Shown one piece after another: positions 1 through 8,563 of a DNA stretch of 64,000 nucleotides; positions within the stretch are counted from its first letter, which is position 1; every line of letters starts with the position of its first letter. The position numbers and the translations under genes are program-made. Under the pieces are notes generated by a model. The model had not been told where the DNA came from and ran no database searches. It saw only the letters and a list, made by a program, of their open reading frames with translations. Source of the stretch: Candidatus Latescibacterota bacterium (GTDB lineage: Bacteria; Latescibacterota; UBA2968; UBA8231); the NCBI GenBank assembly GCA_965242865.1, contig CBDETK010000013.1, forward strand, positions 2,496,001 to 2,560,000, read 5' to 3'.

Positions 1-1271
1 ACGCCTGCCTGTTGCCCGTGGGCTTGGCCGATTCTCTGGGGATACGTGCAGCGGGGTTGGAGCGGGTGCGGGTTTTTGGGGAAGTGTTTCGGGTGGTTGG
101 GTTGCTCGCCGATGACGCGCTGGACCGGCTCGATCTAAATGGCGAGCCCCTGACCCCGTTGGACCCAGAGGCGCAACAACCTTCGGAAGCCGAGGTGGGA
201 CGGGGGCAGGGCGGGAAGCTGCGGCCGTTTGCCCATTTGCCGGCCTCGGCAACGCCGGTTTTGCCGTTTGCCGCGCTGATTCGCTGGGAAGGGGCGCGGC
301 TGGCGTCGGTGGGGATCGGGCTGGATGGAACCCCGGAGGACGTTCGCGCTGCGCTGACAGAGTTGGCGGCGACGTTGGATTTGAACTTGTTCGCCGGCCT
401 TGCGGGACAGTGCTTGCTCGTCAATTCGGTTGGGGTGGCGTCCGTGTCTGGGTGGGGGTCGCTGATCGTGCCGCTCTTGATCGCCGCGTTGATCGTGTTC
501 AACACAATGCTCGGGGCCGTGTACGAGCGGACGCAGGAAATCGGCACCTTTAACGCGGTGGGCTTAGCTCCCGGGCACGTTAGTGGGCTGTTCATGGCCG
601 AGGCCGTGGCTTTGGGCGTGGTCGGCACGGTCGCGGGTTATTTGCTGGGGCAGGGCGCGGCCCAGCTTTTGAGCCAAGGGGGATTTTTGCCCGGCTTGGA
701 GCTGAATTACTCGTCGCTGGGGGCGGTGCTCACGGTCGGCGCGATCGCCCTGTTGGTGGTGGCGTCCGCGCTCTACCCAGCGCGCATGGCCGGGCGAATC
801 TGCACCCCGGGGATTGAGCGGCAGTGGAAGCTGCCGGTTGTCGAGGGCGCACAGTTGCGCGTGCAACTGCCCTTTTCGCTGGCGCGGCGCGAAGCCCTCG
901 GCATGGCGGCGTTTCAAGCGGAATCGTGGGCAGCGCATCAGGAGCAGTCGATCGGGGCGGGATTTTATGTCGAGGCCCTACAAGTGGAACAGGTGGGGGA
1001 TCGGGTGCGCGTGGCAGCGCAGGTGTGGTTGGCCCCGTTTGACCAAGGCGTGGTGCAAAAGACCGCGATGGAGATCGCGCCCGGGGCGGACCCGCACTAC
1101 TGCGACATCCACGTTGACTTGGCGTTGGTCGCGGGCGATCTGGCGACGTGGCAGCGGGTGGTACGCACCTTTTTGGACGACGTGCGCAAGCAGTTCTTGA
1201 TCTGGCGCACCTTGTCTGCGGAGAGCCGCCGCTACTACGCCGAGCAGTTGCCGCAGTGGGAGAAGGGCTGA
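1..1271 (+). CDS. FtsX-like/ABC-type permease family membrane protein, C-terminal part (5' end probably outside window)
   Basis: TM helices plus FtsX-type motif 'MLGAVYERTQEIGTFNAVGLAPGHV..LF.AEA'; the frame appears to continue to the window edge. Confidence 0.75.
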   Translation, partial: ACLLPVGLADSLGIRAAGLERVRVFGEVFRVVGLLADDALDRLDLNGEPLTPLDPEAQQPSEAEVGRGQGGKLRPFAHLPASATPVLPFAALIRWEGARLASVGIGLDGTPEDVRAALTELAATLDLNLFAGLAGQCLLVNSVGVASVSGWGSLIVPLLIAALIVFNTMLGAVYERTQEIGTFNAVGLAPGHVSGLFMAEAVALGVVGTVAGYLLGQGAAQLLSQGGFLPGLELNYSSLGAVLTVGAIALLVVASALYPARMAGRICTPGIERQWKLPVVEGAQLRVQLPFSLARREALGMAAFQAESWAAHQEQSIGAGFYVEALQVEQVGDRVRVAAQVWLAPFDQGVVQKTAMEIAPGADPHYCDIHVDLALVAGDLATWQRVVRTFLDDVRKQFLIWRTLSAESRRYYAEQLPQWEKG

Positions 1272-1332
1272 AACCAGAGCCAGATTTTTCAAAAACAGGA
1301 GGTCTTGTGTTCTGAACCAACTTTGATTGTTG

Positions 1333-4308
1333 TCAGACCACTACGACACGAAGGGCATTCAGGCAGAATACATCTTCATCCCAAAGCTCATACTGGGCGC
1401 ATTGCGTGAGTACTTGGTCTTTGGCTTTCTCGAATAGAGGTTCAGCGTACTCAAAGGGTAGTACTTCCTTTGTTGACATTATCTTCGCTTCGGCCAACGC
1501 CGAAACGATTCGCTGCGTAGCTTCCTCTGAATCAACCGTCCCATCATCATGCACGAATACAGGAATGAACTCGAAGAAGGTGCTCTCACCATCTTGGGTT
1601 TCTTTTGAGACCTTCACAGTGAAGTTGAAGAGCGTACCATTGCCCGATGGAAATGATAAGAGCCGGGCCACTCTTGAACACGCCAAGCCGCCGAAGTCAA
1701 CAGAGCCGCAATATTTCAGTACCGCGTTAGTGAACGGGTGCCCAATCGCCATAAATTCTACCTCAGATCTACGGATGGCCGCCGCTCTGTCAAAGGTCAC
1801 CTTCTCGTAGCGCTGCTTCAGTCCTTCTATTCCTTTTAGACTATCCGGCAGGAGAAATTCAAATATCCCCTCTTCGGATTCGGTTACTTTACGACCCGCA
1901 CGCCTGACGAACTCCAAAACAAACTTTTTTACATCTTCAAGGCTAAGAGAACTCTGTACTTCGCGCTTGAAGCGGTCGGGATTGAAGGGAGCGATGTCCT
2001 TACTGAATAGGCTGGCATAGGCAATCTCGTAAGATTTTTCGGCTTTCTTTACCGCCTTGTCAATTTCCTGTTGTGAAGGCTTAATATTTCCCTTGGCCAA
2101 ACCATCTCGGTAAATTTTTTCATAATTTAGATGCTCCTCAAATAGACCGAGCAAACCTTCTTCGATTTCGGTAGGAGTCTCACCGGTCACTCCTGACAAT
2201 CGACTCGCCGCAGTCTTGGTCTTCTCCTCGAGATATGCCCGAACCTTGTCTTCAATGGTTCCCGCGTTTTGGAAGTTGAAGACTTGTACCCGCTTGTCCT
2301 GACCGTACCGATAGAGCCGGCCATACCTCTGTGCCAACCGGAACGGGTTCCATGGGAGATCGTAGTTGACCATTACGTGAGCGAACTGGAGATTGATGCC
2401 TTCGCCACCCGCTTCAGTAGATACTAGGAAACGCACTTTCGGATTATCGCGAAACTCAGCGATACTTTTTTTCTTGTCCCACATAGACATCCCGCCGCGG
2501 ATTTTGGCCGTGCAGCCTTTCCCGTAATCCTTCTCCAAGAGTTCTACGAGAAAGTCTTGAGTTGCCAAGTACTCAGTAAAGACTAGAACCGGCTGGTTTG
2601 GGTCTTCGCTACTCACAGACCTAATCACCTCCGATAGCTTGTCCTGCTTTGCATCGCTGGGCACATCCATAGCAAGGAGATCCTTCAGCATTTCCACTTC
2701 TTTATCAACGAATGCTTGGCGATCTTGCTCTGCTTGGTGCGTCTCGAACTCCCCTTCGTGCCGGGCGTCGTATTCGGCTTTGTCCCCGTCTTCCTTCTCC
2801 TTGGTAATTTCCTGAAGGTTAGCAACGCGCTTTTCAAGGGCACTCTTGATGGCTCGCGTACTGCTAGCCGCCAATTTTTGGAACGTCGTCATGACGAACC
2901 CAATGGCTTTGTGTTGTGTATCACCTGGGTCTTGATCTGCGAAGCCATAGCCTTCTCGAAGGTAGGATTCCAGTTCTTTGTGGAACTGCTTTTCTCCATC
3001 ATCCAAGAGATCAACACGCACTGGATGAACGTCTATACCCTTGAAGATCGGATTTCCCTCTGCATCGGTCACCTTACTCTTGCGGTTGCGAAGGATGAGG
3101 TCTGTGAAGGGTACTGACCCATTCCTCTTACTCTCGGTGGCGATTTCCTTGAAGGTCACCTTAGAGTGTAGTAGAGATACCAAATGCTGGAATTTCGATT
3201 CGTCTCCCTGATGCGGCGTCGCGGTTAGCAGAATCAGTGCTTTACAGCGTTCCTGTAGATCTTCTGCTAGACGGTAATTTAAGGTCTTTTCCGTTTTTTT
3301 AGATGACCATGTCTTCGCCGAGAGTTTATGGGCCTCGTCAAAGATGATCACGTCCCAATTACGAGAGCCGAGCAGCATCGTTTTATGCCCGTCTCGCCGG
3401 CCGCCCTTTCTAGGGCGGTCCAACTTCAGCGTATCCACCGACGCGATCAGATAATCGATTTGGTTAAACGCGAGTTGCCCATCTACATCCTCACGATATA
3501 CGGCGAATTTTAGGTCGAACTTGTCCTCCATCTCCTCCTGCCATTGCAGCGTCAAACCCGCTGGCGGCACGATCAGCACTCGCCGCGCCTGACCTCGCTG
3601 ACGCAGCGCGTAGAGGATCATTCCTGTTTCGATGGTCTTGCCCAGCCCGACCTCATCCGCAATCAGATAGCGTCTCCGTGGGCTGGAAACCACTTTGTGC
3701 GCCACGCTGATCTGATGAGGCAATAAGTCCGTCCGTGCGTCCCCGAGTTGCCCATCCCGATTGCAAATCAATAATTCAGCCGCCCGCGTCCGTAGGTCAA
3801 AACGCCAAGGATCGTCGAATTCGTTGTTTTCTAGTCGTTCCAGCGGCGATTTGATGGCGCGGAGTTCGGCGACTTTCAGGATACGAAGTTCGGTCAAGTA
3901 GGGAGGCTTGGAGAAGACGGTTGGTTGAAACACTACCCTAGCTAGTTCGCCGCGGACTTCCTGAACCACGCCAATGCCGCTGTCCGCGTATAGTGGATTG
4001 GTACTAATTGCCCACGAATTTTTATGAATCACTGCTTTCCCTCCTTTGATTGCTGTGTCGGCAGCAAGGTCGCCCAATACGAAACGTCCTCTTTCAGTAG
4101 CGTCTAGGCGTCCCTCGGATTCCTCCAAAAAGCCAGCCGTGACAAGCGTTCCAATCGCTTCTTCAACCGACCCCTCGAAATCAAAATGCGTGGAGAAGTC
4201 GTTGATATGTCGGCAAAGGCCCGCCGATACGGAATACAAGAGAAACATCGTTTCCTTATCCTGCATTGCGTAGGCTGCTTCCCAATCGATCTTCTCTCTG
4301 TCGGGCAT
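1333..4308 (-). CDS. SNF2/RapA-like (DrmD-like) SF2 helicase with a putative N-terminal winged-helix
   Basis: Motifs LIADEVGLGKT, IIFDEAH, LTATPHQG, STEAGGEGINLQ, NYDLPWNP, QRYGRLYRYGQ; start set to ATG 4308, which overlaps the upstream TAA (TAATG). Confidence 0.88.
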   Translation of the reverse strand: MPDREKIDWEAAYAMQDKETMFLLYSVSAGLCRHINDFSTHFDFEGSVEEAIGTLVTAGFLEESEGRLDATERGRFVLGDLAADTAIKGGKAVIHKNSWAISTNPLYADSGIGVVQEVRGELARVVFQPTVFSKPPYLTELRILKVAELRAIKSPLERLENNEFDDPWRFDLRTRAAELLICNRDGQLGDARTDLLPHQISVAHKVVSSPRRRYLIADEVGLGKTIETGMILYALRQRGQARRVLIVPPAGLTLQWQEEMEDKFDLKFAVYREDVDGQLAFNQIDYLIASVDTLKLDRPRKGGRRDGHKTMLLGSRNWDVIIFDEAHKLSAKTWSSKKTEKTLNYRLAEDLQERCKALILLTATPHQGDESKFQHLVSLLHSKVTFKEIATESKRNGSVPFTDLILRNRKSKVTDAEGNPIFKGIDVHPVRVDLLDDGEKQFHKELESYLREGYGFADQDPGDTQHKAIGFVMTTFQKLAASSTRAIKSALEKRVANLQEITKEKEDGDKAEYDARHEGEFETHQAEQDRQAFVDKEVEMLKDLLAMDVPSDAKQDKLSEVIRSVSSEDPNQPVLVFTEYLATQDFLVELLEKDYGKGCTAKIRGGMSMWDKKKSIAEFRDNPKVRFLVSTEAGGEGINLQFAHVMVNYDLPWNPFRLAQRYGRLYRYGQDKRVQVFNFQNAGTIEDKVRAYLEEKTKTAASRLSGVTGETPTEIEEGLLGLFEEHLNYEKIYRDGLAKGNIKPSQQEIDKAVKKAEKSYEIAYASLFSKDIAPFNPDRFKREVQSSLSLEDVKKFVLEFVRRAGRKVTESEEGIFEFLLPDSLKGIEGLKQRYEKVTFDRAAAIRRSEVEFMAIGHPFTNAVLKYCGSVDFGGLACSRVARLLSFPSGNGTLFNFTVKVSKETQDGESTFFEFIPVFVHDDGTVDSEEATQRIVSALAEAKIMSTKEVLPFEYAEPLFEKAKDQVLTQCAQYELWDEDVFCLNALRVVVV

Positions 4309-4904
4309 TAGTTCGATCTCCCTGACTGATGGCGATAAGCAATACTTCGTCTTGCCCCCACGCGTTTGCAGGCTTGCCTCAGCACGTTGCAATCCGCGAC
4401 ATCTCCCTGCTGATACCAATGAACGCTGCCATATCCTTCGCCCAATTCCCACAAAGCCCCTTGGCCAGCATAGCCAGCCTTGTATGACTCCGGTGCCATG
4501 ACATAGACCTTATGAGCTACATCTGGACGAACACATAAATCGCACACTTCAGCCAGCGCACCGGGCGAGCCCTCAATAAGGACAATAATGAAATCGGCAT
4601 TCTTCGCTTGTGCAAACTCTTTACTCGTCTCCGAACGCTCTAGGTCGCAACCCAAGTTGACAAGGTCCTCGCTGAACATGGCATTGTGGCCGTCTTCAAT
4701 AAGCTGATTGCCAATATCTTTTCGTTTCTTAGCGATAGGGGTGTCCTCGTCGGGTGACATACCCCAAACTAGGATATTGAAGACAACATCTTTTTCCTTT
4801 TCTAGTTGTTCCTCAACTCCTCGCTCGAAATTTCTCCGCGCCCGCTTTGCAGCTTCCGTCTTTAGTGCAGACAATACAGGACGGTTTCTATCCTTCTCCG
4901 CCAT
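4308..4904 (-). CDS. Nucleoside deoxyribosyltransferase (NDT)/TIR-like fold protein resembling retron St85-type effectors
   Basis: 'ILVWG...GHNAMFSEDL...EFAQAKNADFIIVLIEGSPGALAEV' fits the NDT-like E-x-x-x-A...D-hhhh...S-x-G-x-x-x-E pattern; GGAGG RBS upstream; translationally coupled to the helicase. Confidence 0.55.
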   Translation of the reverse strand: MAEKDRNRPVLSALKTEAAKRARRNFERGVEEQLEKEKDVVFNILVWGMSPDEDTPIAKKRKDIGNQLIEDGHNAMFSEDLVNLGCDLERSETSKEFAQAKNADFIIVLIEGSPGALAEVCDLCVRPDVAHKVYVMAPESYKAGYAGQGALWELGEGYGSVHWYQQGDVADCNVLRQACKRVGARRSIAYRHQSGRSN

Positions 4905-4971
4905 ACTTCCGCCTCCAAAATGAAAAAATATATCTTTTTATTGTACTGAATTGTGCTCCTGGCATATCTTC

Positions 4972-7900
4972 CTACTTACCGGGCAGTTCCTTCCGAATGG
5001 CTTTTAGTTCGTCGTCGGTGATACCCCATATTTTGGCCGCGAGTTTGTCTATTTCACATTCGAGGATCGGAATTTCTTCCATTCGGTTGTTTTTTCTTGC
5101 AGCGTGGCACTGGCTTGATAGGTCCGACAAGGTGCTGTGAATTGTGTCTTTTGGGTTGAAACGCGGTATGCTGACCGTATTCAGAATGAGTGGCTGACCG
5201 AAGCTCTTTCCGGTAGAAGATACAGAATGTAACAATACGGCTGGCGATGAGTTTCCACATGCGCTAAAGAAAAATGCTTCCTTAACGTTCTGAAAGGAAC
5301 AAATGGTCACGACATGTTGTGTCAAGGGAACCTTCAGGCCAAGACTGGGATCATCAAAAGGCAGGCAAAGTGCCATCTCTATATGTGGAATAAATTGTCT
5401 CCAGAAAACCTTGATAGGCTGCACGGTATAAGGTCCGACATTGTACATAGAGTAAAAAGGGGCGGTCGGCTTGAAATACTTGCGATAGCCTGAACGCCCG
5501 CGTAGCGTCCCGCGTTTAGGTTTTTTTCGATTACCTTCAAATTGTTTCAGGTACGCGTAGGTCTTCGGCCAGCGGAGTTTCATTTTGGCTTCGGGAATGC
5601 CTTTTCTTGTTTGTGGATCTTGAGCCAGAATGATATGCGCTGAAGGCGCGGCATGCCAGCGGCGAACGTCTCTTCCGCGCAGCAGGGGATATACCAAGTC
5701 CGGCTCAATGACAGCCTGTACGTATTTGACCTCAATTCTACCGACATTATTCAGGTTCTCGATTAGTAATTCGCCGTTGGGAAGCACTTTTACTATGCTG
5801 ATCCAATAGACACTATTCAGCCACGTACAGCAGCCCGCATACGCTCGATAATCGCTCGGTCCGATCACCTTCTGAATGCCGGAAAGAGCCTGTTTCGGGG
5901 CCGTAAGCCACGGAGATGAGTCTTTAGAGGCGACAACTGGTATGGCCTCTATTTTCTTTTGAGTCGTCGCGTTGAGAACGCTTGGAAGCGATTCATCTTG
6001 AACAATGCGCGACGGATACCCGGTCCATACTGTGTACTTTACGGGGTATTGGAAGGATTGCGGCGTCTTTTGGCAGGCAAAGACGGCAGTAAGGTTGGTC
6101 GCGCCTTCAAAAACCTGCAAGGCACTCAGGTCGTGGACAGTGAGGGGTTTCAGGTACCATAGCGTTTCCAGTTTTTGCGGGTCGTGGTTGTATCTGAGCC
6201 TGCGGAAACCATCGCCGGCCCCTTGGGTCTTGAATACGCTCTGCGTAATGACAAAACCGAGCTTGCCACCTTCGTCTAGATAATTGTCCACAGAGGAATA
6301 CGTAAATAGCATGGAGAGGTCTTTCTTGCCGCCGCCCAAGCGACCTTCAGACCCCGACAGTGTGAACAGATTGTATCTCTCCCAGAGCGGTTTCATATCG
6401 TCGCGGTAGCCTTCGGGCAAGTTTTCCCAATTCACCCACGGCGGATTGCCGGCCACATAATCCACCTTGCCAATGAACAGGGGCGCGAAAGCGTTTTTGA
6501 TGATACGCGCCCAAATGCCATTTTGATTGCTGCTGTCGAGTTGCTGGAGTTTGCGGTAGAGCACCTCGTGAAGTTCAGCCTGTGTCGCAGGAATAGCTTC
6601 AGCCGCACAACGTTGGAGAAACTCCTCGGCCGAATAGCCGTTGCGGATGCAAAATTCAAGCGTATTGGCGTATAGGCCAATATACTCGCGGCTTGCGGTT
6701 ACTTCCGAGGGAATGTAAAACTCGCCAGCACTCGTTTTGAGTTCCTGCGTACTGCCGATTCTACCAGTTAAAAGGCTGCCGTATTGCGAGGGCGTCATGA
6801 TCGAATCGCACAAATAGACGGGCAACTCGACGGTGGCAGCGTGGCGCATAAGGTCGCGGACAGCCAGCAGATAGTTAGTCCGGGCGGCCATGACAGCGAG
6901 TGGATTGAGGTCGAAGCCGATAATGTTCCGCAAAATTTTGCGTAGCAGCTCGTCTTCGCCAAAGCCGCATTCGTGGCGGTGGTCGTCATACCAAGTTTTG
7001 ACGCGGTTCAATGCCATGACCAGAAAGGTGCCCGAACCACAGGCCGGGTCGAGCAGCCGCTTGTCCGGGTTGCCGTCGTAGCCGAGTTCGTTGAGCACGA
7101 GGTCGGCCAGCCAATCGGGCGTGTAGTATTCGCCGAGGTCGTGGCGGACGGATTTGGGGAAGAGCTGCTGGTATAGTTGCTTGAGCAAGTCGCGGGATTC
7201 AGCGGGATCGACGCTCAGGGTGGTCGGATCAAAGCGGTCAAACGATTGCGTCATAACGCGGACAGCCTTGGCGCAGTCCTCGTTCCAAGCGTCGAGATAC
7301 CAAGAGAAGAGGTCGCCTTCGAGAAAGTTGCGGATGCCGAGTTGCGACCAGATGCCGCCCTGTTCGAGGTTCTGCAACTCGTCCCGCAATTTGTCCGAGG
7401 TCGGCGCGGAAACGAGTTTCTTGAGCGTCGAGGTTCCCAGCGGCGAAAAGGAAGCGACGATTTCCGCAGCGAGCATCTTCATAAAGAGGGCATAGTAAGT
7501 GTGAACGGCGAACAGGAGTTCGGCTGACCGAGAGTTGGGCACCTGATAGTGATCGGCCAACTTCTGAACTTTGGCATTCTGGCCGTGGATGTCATAGCCG
7601 CAGACCTCACCAAAGAGAATTTGCCATTGGCGGAAGAAGGTCTGGGCCTTGGATCTGTGGGTCGTGTGGATGAGGCCATAGATGAGTCGGACACCATCTT
7701 GTGCGCTTTTGCTCTCGGAGCCGAAGTCGTTAGCCAAATTCTCCGGCGTAAAGGAGATCCCACTAGCTCCCAGCGACACAATCGCCCGCAGCAGGCGTTG
7801 GACCGTATGCGGCGTAACGGGCTGCGGATCCTCGGCGTCGAGCTTGGCTCCGCGCTTCCGTACAAAGACAATCGTGTCGCCATCGCAGCCCACGCCAAGG

Positions 7901-8256
7901 ATGCGCTCCATACCGACATTTTCTTCGGTTTGGAAGGCCCAAAACCGCTTGTTGAGTTGCTCAACGACGGCCTTGGCCCCCGGCGCGTTCTTATTCTCCG
8001 TGATTTTGCCGGCACCCTTCGGGTCCTTGTACTCGATGACCACGCCGCCGTATTTCGAGTCAATGCGTCCGCCCGCCAAGCCGTATTCGTGGCGACCTTG
8101 GACGGTCAGCCCCGCTTTTTTAATGAACTCGTCGATCAGCCTGTTGCACGCATGGCGTACATCTTCCTCGGACCCGGCGAGCTTTGCGGCCTCCACCATC
8201 TGCTCGGCCATGAGCGCGGAGTGTGCTTCAATCAGTGCTTCGAGATTTTGACTCAT
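4972..8256 (-). CDS. Type IIG (Eco57I-like) fused restriction endonuclease / N6-adenine methyltransferase
   Basis: N-terminal PD-(D/E)XK-like 'RID..VVIEYK', GEYYTP, motif I LDPACGSGTF, motif IV NPPW, C-terminal TRD-like region; start moved to ATG 8256 because the longer ORF runs into the MITE. Confidence 0.85.
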   Translation of the reverse strand: MSQNLEALIEAHSALMAEQMVEAAKLAGSEEDVRHACNRLIDEFIKKAGLTVQGRHEYGLAGGRIDSKYGGVVIEYKDPKGAGKITENKNAPGAKAVVEQLNKRFWAFQTEENVGMERILGVGCDGDTIVFVRKRGAKLDAEDPQPVTPHTVQRLLRAIVSLGASGISFTPENLANDFGSESKSAQDGVRLIYGLIHTTHRSKAQTFFRQWQILFGEVCGYDIHGQNAKVQKLADHYQVPNSRSAELLFAVHTYYALFMKMLAAEIVASFSPLGTSTLKKLVSAPTSDKLRDELQNLEQGGIWSQLGIRNFLEGDLFSWYLDAWNEDCAKAVRVMTQSFDRFDPTTLSVDPAESRDLLKQLYQQLFPKSVRHDLGEYYTPDWLADLVLNELGYDGNPDKRLLDPACGSGTFLVMALNRVKTWYDDHRHECGFGEDELLRKILRNIIGFDLNPLAVMAARTNYLLAVRDLMRHAATVELPVYLCDSIMTPSQYGSLLTGRIGSTQELKTSAGEFYIPSEVTASREYIGLYANTLEFCIRNGYSAEEFLQRCAAEAIPATQAELHEVLYRKLQQLDSSNQNGIWARIIKNAFAPLFIGKVDYVAGNPPWVNWENLPEGYRDDMKPLWERYNLFTLSGSEGRLGGGKKDLSMLFTYSSVDNYLDEGGKLGFVITQSVFKTQGAGDGFRRLRYNHDPQKLETLWYLKPLTVHDLSALQVFEGATNLTAVFACQKTPQSFQYPVKYTVWTGYPSRIVQDESLPSVLNATTQKKIEAIPVVASKDSSPWLTAPKQALSGIQKVIGPSDYRAYAGCCTWLNSVYWISIVKVLPNGELLIENLNNVGRIEVKYVQAVIEPDLVYPLLRGRDVRRWHAAPSAHIILAQDPQTRKGIPEAKMKLRWPKTYAYLKQFEGNRKKPKRGTLRGRSGYRKYFKPTAPFYSMYNVGPYTVQPIKVFWRQFIPHIEMALCLPFDDPSLGLKVPLTQHVVTICSFQNVKEAFFFSACGNSSPAVLLHSVSSTGKSFGQPLILNTVSIPRFNPKDTIHSTLSDLSSQCHAARKNNRMEEIPILECEIDKLAAKIWGITDDELKAIRKELPGK

Positions 8257-8293
8257 GGAGTCTTTCGCTCTCTTTGAAAGGGAAATATCCTTA

Positions 8294-8428
8294 GAAGCGT
8301 TCTCAAAATTAGGGTTTCCGTTTATGATTCGGCTTGGTCCTTTGCTGGATTCCCGCGTTCGCGGGAATGAACTCCTAGAGGCGTCAGGCAAGACGGGCCA
8401 AAAACAACATGAGTGTTAAGAACGCTTC
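8294..8428. mobile_element. 135-bp MITE, copy 1
   Basis: Ends GAAGCGTTCT...AGAACGCTTC, flanked by TTA on both sides (8291-8293, 8429-8431); internal palindrome ATTCCCGCG-TT-CGCGGGAAT at 8349-8368; near-identical inverted copy at 30892-31026. Confidence 0.85.
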
Positions 8429-8563
8429 TTAATTCGACCGATATTCGGTCTGATGTAAGGTAGAATACCAAGCACCTAAGTCAATAGCTTCTTGGGATGG
8501 CCTAAAGCCTCAAGGCTCTGGCAGCCGAGGGACAACGCAAGGAATGTTGGAAAGGGTTATGAG

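Larger units (their letters stand above)
1272..8290 (-). mobile_element. Defence island 1 (RM-like enzyme + NDT-like protein + SNF2 helicase), no mobility gene
   Basis: Visibly lower GC than flanks, opposite orientation, and sits between two same-strand transporter genes; boundaries approximate. Confidence 0.55.

Noticed and set aside
4308-4972. Retron (because of the effector-like gene)
   Set aside because: No reverse transcriptase in the window, and the adjacent intergenic gap is too short for msr/msd
1333-8256. DISARM or BREX call
   Set aside because: No DrmA/DrmB/DrmC, PglZ or BrxC-like genes present
8257-8391. N-terminal extension of the RM ORF in the track
   Set aside because: It is translated MITE sequence; the same applies to the GNAT extension to 30907
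1250-8563. Direct repeat flanking island 1 (GAGAAGGGCTGA versus GGAAAGGGTTATGA)
   Set aside because: Too short and mismatched to support
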